Source: Ignicoccus islandicus DSM 13165
Lineage (GTDB): Archaea; Thermoproteota; Thermoprotei_A; Sulfolobales; Ignicoccaceae
NCBI RefSeq assembly: GCF_001481685.1
Contig: NZ_CP006867.1
Span: 330,001 to 362,000, forward strand
DNA: 32,000 nt
Direction: 5' to 3'
The position numbers and the translations under genes are program-made. Of the stretch, positions 26,424 through 32,000 are shown piece by piece; the stretch's first letter is position 1; each line of letters starts with the position of its first letter. Below the pieces are notes generated by a model. The model was not told the DNA's origin. It was given only the letters and a program-made list of their open reading frames with translations, and did no database searches.

Positions 26424-26451
26424 TCCTCGTGTTTGATAACCCATGGAATGG

Positions 26452-26459
26452 CTTATAAG
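26452..26459. promoter_or_regulatory. Palindromic TATA-like element CTTATAAG in the divergent interval between filament gene and aroE
   Basis: CTTATAAG is its own reverse complement; centred about 32 nt upstream of the filament ATG at 26423. Confidence 0.45.
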
Positions 26460-26472
26460 GTGGGGTGGTGTT

Positions 26473-27285
26473 TTGAAGTACAAAACTTTCGCAGTTATTG
26501 GGAAACCTATAGAACATAGTCTATCTCCCTTACTCCATTCGATTTCATTCGAACTCATGGGGATAAGGGCGTGGTACACTAAGGTCGAAGTGGGAAAGGA
26601 GGAGTTAGGCGAGTTTATGAGAACGGCTCCGAAGCTCTTCACCGGAATTAACGTAACTATACCGCTGAAAGAGGAAGTAACGAAGTACTTGGACGAAGTA
26701 AGGGGCGTTGCGAGGGAAGTAGGCGCCGTTAATACGGTTAAGTTCGAGGGAGGCAAGGCCATAGGCTACAACACGGACGTAGAGGGAGTTAGGAAAGCAG
26801 TTTCTACCCAAATAGAACCTAAAGGGCTTAGAGTCGCGATTATAGGGGCCGGGGGAGCGGCGAGGGCGGCAGTAGTCGCCTTCTACAAGGACAATGAAGT
26901 AACTATATTTAATAGAACGGAAGAGAGGGGTAGGAAGTTAGCAGAGGAATTCGGCGTCGAATTTCAGCCTCTCTCTAATTACGAATTAATTAAGGAATTC
27001 GATCTGGTGGTGAACGCCACTCCAGTAGGCCTAGGGGGGAGGGGCGTACCAATACCTCCGGAAGCCTTGAGGGAGGGCCAAGTGGTAATGGACATGGTGT
27101 ACAACCCCCTACTAACCCCCCTCTTGAGGAATGCCTTGTTAAAGGGCTGCAAAGTAGTAGACGGGCTGAAAATGTTGGTAATTCAAGGCTTGGAAAGCGA
27201 GGTTATATGGCTTGGACTTGCACCGACTTGGGAGAAGGTTTACTCTAAGTTGCTAGCTAAATTAGCTCAAAATCGCGAAAACTGA
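26473..27285 (+). CDS. aroE: Shikimate dehydrogenase (TTG start at 26473 likelier than 26443)
   Basis: FAVIGKPIEHSLSPLLHS, GINVTIPLKEEV, GAVNTVKF, GYNTDVEG, IIGAGGAARA, NATPVGLGG. Confidence 0.95.
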   Translation: MKYKTFAVIGKPIEHSLSPLLHSISFELMGIRAWYTKVEVGKEELGEFMRTAPKLFTGINVTIPLKEEVTKYLDEVRGVAREVGAVNTVKFEGGKAIGYNTDVEGVRKAVSTQIEPKGLRVAIIGAGGAARAAVVAFYKDNEVTIFNRTEERGRKLAEEFGVEFQPLSNYELIKEFDLVVNATPVGLGGRGVPIPPEALREGQVVMDMVYNPLLTPLLRNALLKGCKVVDGLKMLVIQGLESEVIWLGLAPTWEKVYSKLLAKLAQNREN

Positions 27286-27351
27286 ATTCCTTACGTCTAA
27301 CTGGGCTGACCGCTTATTACCAATTGTTTCTTCGAAGGTTGAGGGGATTCA

Positions 27352-27933
27352 TTGAGGAACGCTAAGTTATATGAAATGATGAAAGAGGGCTGGAAAGTCG
27401 ACGAAGTTAGGAAGGAGCTCGACTTACTCCCGAGCGACTTAAGGGCCTTAGTAATGGTCTTCAAGAGGATGGGAATTGGCGTGCATCGCTCCAACGGTAA
27501 GTTCATTATTAGAGAATTACCCAAGCAAGAGGTGATTCTCAGAACTCCAGTCGACCTAGTAATGGCCACAGTTCAAGCAACGAAGATACTCAGATTCATA
27601 TATGGTGAGAACGTTACCTTGGTCTGGCCCAACGCCGTTGCGCTCGGAAAGGACGTAATAGCTAAAGTGGAGGGTCCCAGTTTGAGGGTAAAGGGATTAG
27701 ACAAATACTTGGAAGGGGCTATAATTAAGCAGACGAGGGACTCGTTAAGGAGGAAGAAACTGGGCGAGACGATGAGGATAGCTAACGTAATGTTATATAA
27801 GGATCAATATAAGTTCTTTTTAAAGAACGGTGAAGCCGTAAAAGCCAGAGTCGAACTAGTTAACTTAAGCGGGAGAGCGAGGACTAGCATAGGCGAACTG
27901 AGAGTAGAGGACGTTAACGGAATAGAGCTATGA
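27352..27933 (+). CDS. Hypothetical protein, N-terminal HTH-like, with weak biotin/lipoate-ligase-fold resemblance
   Basis: 193 aa; TLVWPNAVALGKDVIAKVEG recalls the WPND..(x)..K..G stretch of biotin protein ligases; weak. Confidence 0.5.
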   Translation: MRNAKLYEMMKEGWKVDEVRKELDLLPSDLRALVMVFKRMGIGVHRSNGKFIIRELPKQEVILRTPVDLVMATVQATKILRFIYGENVTLVWPNAVALGKDVIAKVEGPSLRVKGLDKYLEGAIIKQTRDSLRRKKLGETMRIANVMLYKDQYKFFLKNGEAVKARVELVNLSGRARTSIGELRVEDVNGIEL

Positions 27934-28073
27934 GCGCGTTAGGGAATGTAATTCCGTATCGGACCTTTCTATCTAATTCTTACGTTACCTCCCCTCCCGC
28001 TGCTTTGAATAGGAAATTATCATTAAATCGGATCGAGAACTAGCGATTCCCTAAGGCGAGGCGAATATGCTTC

Positions 28074-28346
28074 TCAACCCCTTGCAATTGCAATTGCAGT
28101 GCCCCAACCCTCCCTCTTCCTCCCAATGGGATCGCTACTCATCGAGTCACCGAGTTTTTCGGTTAGTACTTGGAGCACATCTCTATAGCTCGCCTCCACG
28201 TAAATTCGCGTTCCTATTGGAACTATTAAGGCCGGCTCCTTCGGTTTATTGCTGGCCAAGCTCCAACCCGTTCTCACTACCTCTAATGATAGTTCTCTTT
28301 TGGGAATCATTACTTTCCTTACATTCAATTTATTCTTTAAGAGCAT
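28074..28346 (-). CDS. Hypothetical small protein (90 aa), uncertain
   Basis: Open ORF with soluble-protein-like sequence; a competing ORF lies on the opposite strand. Confidence 0.3.
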   Translation of the reverse strand: MLLKNKLNVRKVMIPKRELSLEVVRTGWSLASNKPKEPALIVPIGTRIYVEASYRDVLQVLTEKLGDSMSSDPIGRKREGWGTAIAIARG

Positions 28347-28431
28347 TTCACCAATCTTCTTAATTTCATGTCGACTCAGCTCTACCAGGTTCTTCCAAGG
28401 ACTTCATTGAGCAAGGCTGGGGCGATTAGGA

Positions 28432-28662
28432 CTATCTCCCAACGTTTCGAGTTCCGATCCCTAGAACTAAATACCGTTCCAATTTAGCGCTACTCCCAAC
28501 GCTTACTTGAGCTAAACCTTGATCTCCTCCGAACCTTATGGTTTCGTCTAATGTATTTCGAATACGAAACAAGGAGGTTATCGAAATAGCCGCCAAGGCC
28601 AGCAAGGGATACAATGCGTTCGAATTGATAGAGGGTCCAGATAGTTGCTTCCAGCGATTCAA
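28432..28662 (-). CDS. Hypothetical small protein (76 aa), uncertain
   Basis: ORF with one hydrophobic segment (ALYPLLALAAISITSLF); no recognisable family. Confidence 0.2.
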   Translation of the reverse strand: MNRWKQLSGPSINSNALYPLLALAAISITSLFRIRNTLDETIRFGGDQGLAQVSVGSSAKLERYLVLGIGTRNVGR

Positions 28663-28856
28663 ATTAATTGGCTACGAATTCCCTCCGTGAAGTTTTTAGT
28701 TCGCCGATCCCAAGCCGTTTTGAAGCTTTAGTGTCTCGCAACGTCTCTTCAACAATTTTCAGCGAGACCGAGGCGAAGAAGATCGTCGGCCTCTAGAGCG
28801 AAACGGAAAGCCTTAAATGCGTTAGTAGCGAATTCTCTCTTTGAAAGGGTTCAGAA

Positions 28857-30014
28857 TTGAAACACTTACTCTTAGTTATCTCATTACTTGCGATAATTCA
28901 AGCCCTCCACTTCCAAAAGGTTCTGATCGGCCACGTCAAAGCCCCCTTGCATTCCATTGTCCTAGACAACTACTTGGTAGTCGCGGGCGATAACTGCATT
29001 TACGCTTACGACCTAGAAGGTAACGCTTATTGGAACGAGTGCCTCGACTCTCCCGTTACGGACTTAGACTTATACGGTAACAGAGTAGCCATTGCGACTA
29101 TCAATGGTACAGTTTACTTACGTAGCGATGGAGAACTGCGTAAGGTAATCGAGGGAAGGGAATTCTCCTACAGCGTGAAGCTGCTGCGAGATTCGTTAAT
29201 AGCGTGTAACACTACTTGCGCTCTAGTAGATCTAAGAGGCAACTTAATATGGAAAAGGGAAATAGGGGTAGTAACTGACTTAGAAGTGAAAGGGGATTAC
29301 GTATACGTTGCTCATGGGAAAGCTAAAGGCATTGGTGGAACGCCCGGCTTTAGTGTGTTATCTCTAAGGGATGGGAAGGTTCTCTTCCAGAAAATTGAGT
29401 GGAGGGAAGGGGAAAGCGTTTACAAAGAGAGCGTTTCGAGCGTGGACGTTTGTTCCGATAAGCTTGTTCTAGGAGGACTGATCTTCGTTTATCTATTCAA
29501 TATCTCTAACCCACTTGAACCGAAGCTATTATGGAGGAAGGACTTTGAGGGCCTGCTGGTTGCCTCTTCGGTCCGCTTCTCGCCGAATTGCAGCTCAATA
29601 GCCGTTGCATCCTATTACGGGAGAAAGGTGTACTTCTTGGACCTTGGGGGTAACGTAATAGGGGAACTGAGCTTCGGGGACAAAGTAACTGACTTGGATT
29701 GGAAGCGTTACTTGGCAGTTGGTCTAGAAAACGGAACCTTCTACTTGTTTGGAAATTTGAGCGCACCGAAGGCCTTTACTGTAACGGAGACGGTAACGAA
29801 GGAGCTAGTTAGAACGGCTACTGAGACCGTAACTACTCACTTATACACAACCGTTCTATTAACTTCTACAAAGACTGTTACATTTACGAGCACTGAAACG
29901 GTCACTGTAAAGGAAGATTTGAACAAGTTTTTGATAACAGTAGCAGCGATAGTGGTTGCCGTCTCAGCAGTGAACGGTCTGCTCTTGTTCAAATTCGTGA
30001 TTAGAAGGCACTAA
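28857..30014 (+). CDS. Secreted/membrane-anchored beta-propeller-like protein with Thr-rich stalk and C-terminal TM
   Basis: Signal peptide MKHLLLVISLLAIIQA, repeated D..G....W / VYL blade-like units, TVTETVTKELVRTATETVTTHLYTT... stalk, TM FLITVAAIVVAVSAVNGLLLFKFV followed by RRH. Confidence 0.75.
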   Translation: MKHLLLVISLLAIIQALHFQKVLIGHVKAPLHSIVLDNYLVVAGDNCIYAYDLEGNAYWNECLDSPVTDLDLYGNRVAIATINGTVYLRSDGELRKVIEGREFSYSVKLLRDSLIACNTTCALVDLRGNLIWKREIGVVTDLEVKGDYVYVAHGKAKGIGGTPGFSVLSLRDGKVLFQKIEWREGESVYKESVSSVDVCSDKLVLGGLIFVYLFNISNPLEPKLLWRKDFEGLLVASSVRFSPNCSSIAVASYYGRKVYFLDLGGNVIGELSFGDKVTDLDWKRYLAVGLENGTFYLFGNLSAPKAFTVTETVTKELVRTATETVTTHLYTTVLLTSTKTVTFTSTETVTVKEDLNKFLITVAAIVVAVSAVNGLLLFKFVIRRH

Positions 30015-30056
30015 CCGTTTTTAGAGACCTTTTCGATGCTATAAAGGGTCTTTAGC

Positions 30057-30842
30057 TTGATCGAAACCGTTTTCCTCATCTTCTTAGCCCTGGCTATCGT
30101 AACTCCCCTCGCGAGGAGTTCAATAAAGGTAATAAACGAGTATCAGAGAGGAGTGGTGTTTCGATTAGGTAGGTACTCGGGGATCGTTGGTCCCGGCTTA
30201 GTGGTGGTAATTCCCGTAATAGATTACTTGAGAATAATTGATATGAGGGTTACTGTCGCTGACGTTCCTGAACAAAGGGCCTTAACCAAGGACAACGTAG
30301 AAGTTACAGTGGACGCTGTAGTTTACTACAGGGTCGTGGATCCGGAGAAAGCCGTTACGAGCGTGGAAGATTTCCAAGAAGCAGTAAGGTTGTTAGCTCA
30401 GACTACATTAAGAGAGGTAATAGGTCAAGTGGAGCTAGACGAGTTACTAAGCAAAAGGCAAGAACTGAATTTAAAGATGCAAGAAGCAATGGATGAAATT
30501 ACAGAGAAATGGGGGATAAAGGTAGTTAGGGTTACAATAAAGGAAATAAAATTGCCGGAAGAGCTACTTAGAGCTATCGCTAAGCAAGCTGAAGCCGAGA
30601 GGTGGAGGAGGGCCAAGATAATAGAGGCCGAAGGCGAGAAGCAAGCCTCGAGCTTACTGACGGAGGCAGCGAAGCTGTACGAAGAACACCCTGTAGCTCT
30701 TAGGCTAAGGGAGCTCCAAATGCTTCTAGAAATAGCTAAGGAGAAGAACCTAATAGTAATTGAAAGGGGAGACGGAATTGGCCTACCAGTTGCCTTAGCG
30801 AAGGGCGTTAGTAACCCATCTACAGAAGAAAAACGCACCTAA
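30057..30842 (+). CDS. SPFH/stomatin-family membrane protein
   Basis: INEYQRGVVFRLGRYSGIVGPGLVVVIPVIDYLRIIDMRV, TKDNVEVTVDAVVYYRVVDPEKAV, QTTLREVIGQVELDELLSKR, AEAERWRRAKIIEAEGEKQA. Confidence 0.95.
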   Translation: MIETVFLIFLALAIVTPLARSSIKVINEYQRGVVFRLGRYSGIVGPGLVVVIPVIDYLRIIDMRVTVADVPEQRALTKDNVEVTVDAVVYYRVVDPEKAVTSVEDFQEAVRLLAQTTLREVIGQVELDELLSKRQELNLKMQEAMDEITEKWGIKVVRVTIKEIKLPEELLRAIAKQAEAERWRRAKIIEAEGEKQASSLLTEAAKLYEEHPVALRLRELQMLLEIAKEKNLIVIERGDGIGLPVALAKGVSNPSTEEKRT

Positions 30843-30907
30843 TCAATGTAATAGAATCGATGCCTGTATTAGGTTTTCATGCCTCCGAGAGTTAGGACCT
30901 ATGGATT

Positions 30908-31180
30908 ATGGACGCCCAACAGTACCTTTTAGGAATAGCTCTAATAAGCGTCATCGTAATACTCTTGATCTTCTCAAGCTCCGCCAAGAAAGACGAAATA
31001 GTAGGGAAGAAGGGGAGAGTAGTAAAGATCAATAAAGAAACATGGGTAGAGATTGAAGGGGAACTATGGAAGGCGCGATCAGAGGAGAAATTAAGCGAAG
31101 GAGATGAAATAGAAGTTTTAAGGAGAGTTGGCTTAACCTTAGAAGTAAAGAAAGTGGAAAAGAAGGATGACAATATATAG
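30908..31180 (+). CDS. Short NfeD-like protein (one TM + OB-fold C-terminal domain)
   Basis: 90 aa; VGKKGRVVKINKETWVEIEGELWKARSEEKLSEGDEIEVLRRVGLTLEV directly downstream of SPFH gene. Confidence 0.85.
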   Translation: MDAQQYLLGIALISVIVILLIFSSSAKKDEIVGKKGRVVKINKETWVEIEGELWKARSEEKLSEGDEIEVLRRVGLTLEVKKVEKKDDNI

Positions 31181-31303
31181 AATACGAAATAACTATGATG
31201 AAGTGAGATTAGAGACGGAATACGACTTATAGAGACTAACCGGTTAGGTCTATTCTTTTTAGGGATGTTTTCGTATTTCTTTCTTGCAAAGAGGTAATAT
31301 GTA

Positions 31304-32000
31304 ATGAGAAGGCTATTTGCACTACTAGTCTTAGGTATGATCGGCTTTTCGTTGAACCTAACGTTAGTCGGAAAGGCCGAAGTTGACGGAAATCCTATAA
31401 AGGTATTTATCGGCAAGGGTTATTCTATAATAGCAACTTATCAAGGGAAAATCTACGCAACTGATCTAAGTGGTAGGGTTCTAGGAGAGTACGATTTAGG
31501 AGAAGAGATATACGGAATGGACGTAAGTGGATCCGTAGTATACGTTACGACCATGGGCTTCGTTCACGCTTTCTCCTTAAACTTAAGGCCTCTAGCAAGC
31601 ATCGAGGTAGAAGAAGGATTTTCGGGTGCAATAGATGTAATTGGACCTTTCGCAGTGTTAGCTTTCTACAACATAGGTCTATTTCACTTAGATTTGGTAA
31701 ACGAAGAGGCGAAACTCGTTTGGGGATACAAGGGACTGAACGGCGTAATGCCCTTGGCCTTAAAGATAGCGTTTAGCCCATATCAGGAACGAGCTGAAAT
31801 AATATTTGGGGATATGGAAGGTAAGCTGTATTCAGTAAACCTCAAAGGGGAAGTGCTGAACAGCGGGAATTACGGCGACGTAATACTCTCTATTGACAAT
31901 TGCGGAAACTTAATTGCCATCTCGAAGGACGGCGGTTTCCTAGTAGGTTCCGGAGAGAAGGGTAAGCTTATAGAGAAAGAGACCAAGGGACCGACTTTCG
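31304..32000 (+). CDS. Secreted beta-propeller-like protein, 5' part (runs off window)
   Basis: Hand-translated: MRRLFALLVLGMIGFSLNLTLVGKAEVDG..IYATDLSGRVLGEYDLGEEIYGMDVSGSVVYVTTMGFVHAFSLN...; open to base 32000, absent from the ORF track. Confidence 0.75.
   Translation, partial: MRRLFALLVLGMIGFSLNLTLVGKAEVDGNPIKVFIGKGYSIIATYQGKIYATDLSGRVLGEYDLGEEIYGMDVSGSVVYVTTMGFVHAFSLNLRPLASIEVEEGFSGAIDVIGPFAVLAFYNIGLFHLDLVNEEAKLVWGYKGLNGVMPLALKIAFSPYQERAEIIFGDMEGKLYSVNLKGEVLNSGNYGDVILSIDNCGNLIAISKDGGFLVGSGEKGKLIEKETKGPTF

Noticed and set aside
26424-26762. N-terminal extension of the filament ORF upstream of MVRDMKALRKG
   Set aside because: It lies antisense to aroE and would bury the class III signal peptide internally; real start placed at 26423 (or 26411).
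28081-28100. Short TTGCAA tandem (ttgcaattgcaattgca)
   Set aside because: Only about 3 units of 6 nt, insufficient to call a functional repeat.
31193-31245. ATGATGA in the intergenic gap as C-box of a C/D sRNA
   Set aside because: No CUGA D box at a suitable distance, so the C/D sRNA architecture is not supported.
1-32000. CRISPR array, transposase, integrase or prophage
   Set aside because: No regularly spaced direct repeats, terminal inverted repeats with transposase, or phage genes seen; the CARF-like gene is the only potential CRISPR-linked element.

Overview
This is a 32 kb archaeal chromosome segment. Gene content and short intergenic gaps look crenarchaeal, and an Iho670-like surface-fibre protein suggests an Ignicoccus-type Desulfurococcales; that assignment is inference. 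Most of the window is informational or housekeeping: ilvD fragment, ribosomal proteins L12/P1 and L10e, primase large subunit, GTP cyclohydrolase III, tRNA-Cys(GCA) with an intron, tyrosyl-tRNA synthetase, Pst phosphate transporter (C-A-B, no pstS or phoU), RIO2-type kinase, shikimate dehydrogenase, and an SPFH/NfeD pair. Less ordinary parts are: (1) a predicted CARF-like + PIN nuclease fusion (18953-20305, -), overlapping a small JAMM/MPN-like ORF, with no cas genes or CRISPR array nearby; (2) a roughly 450-bp intergenic region (about 20350-20780) with several long-range complementary segments that may be a structured RNA; (3) a type IV filament module (ATPase plus two TadC/GspF-like proteins) and, 13.6 kb away, a large class III signal peptide pilin/adhesin next to a polytopic membrane protein; (4) secreted proteins with Thr/Val-rich stalks and two beta-propeller-like proteins flanking SPFH/NfeD. 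I did not find a CRISPR array, transposon or prophage.
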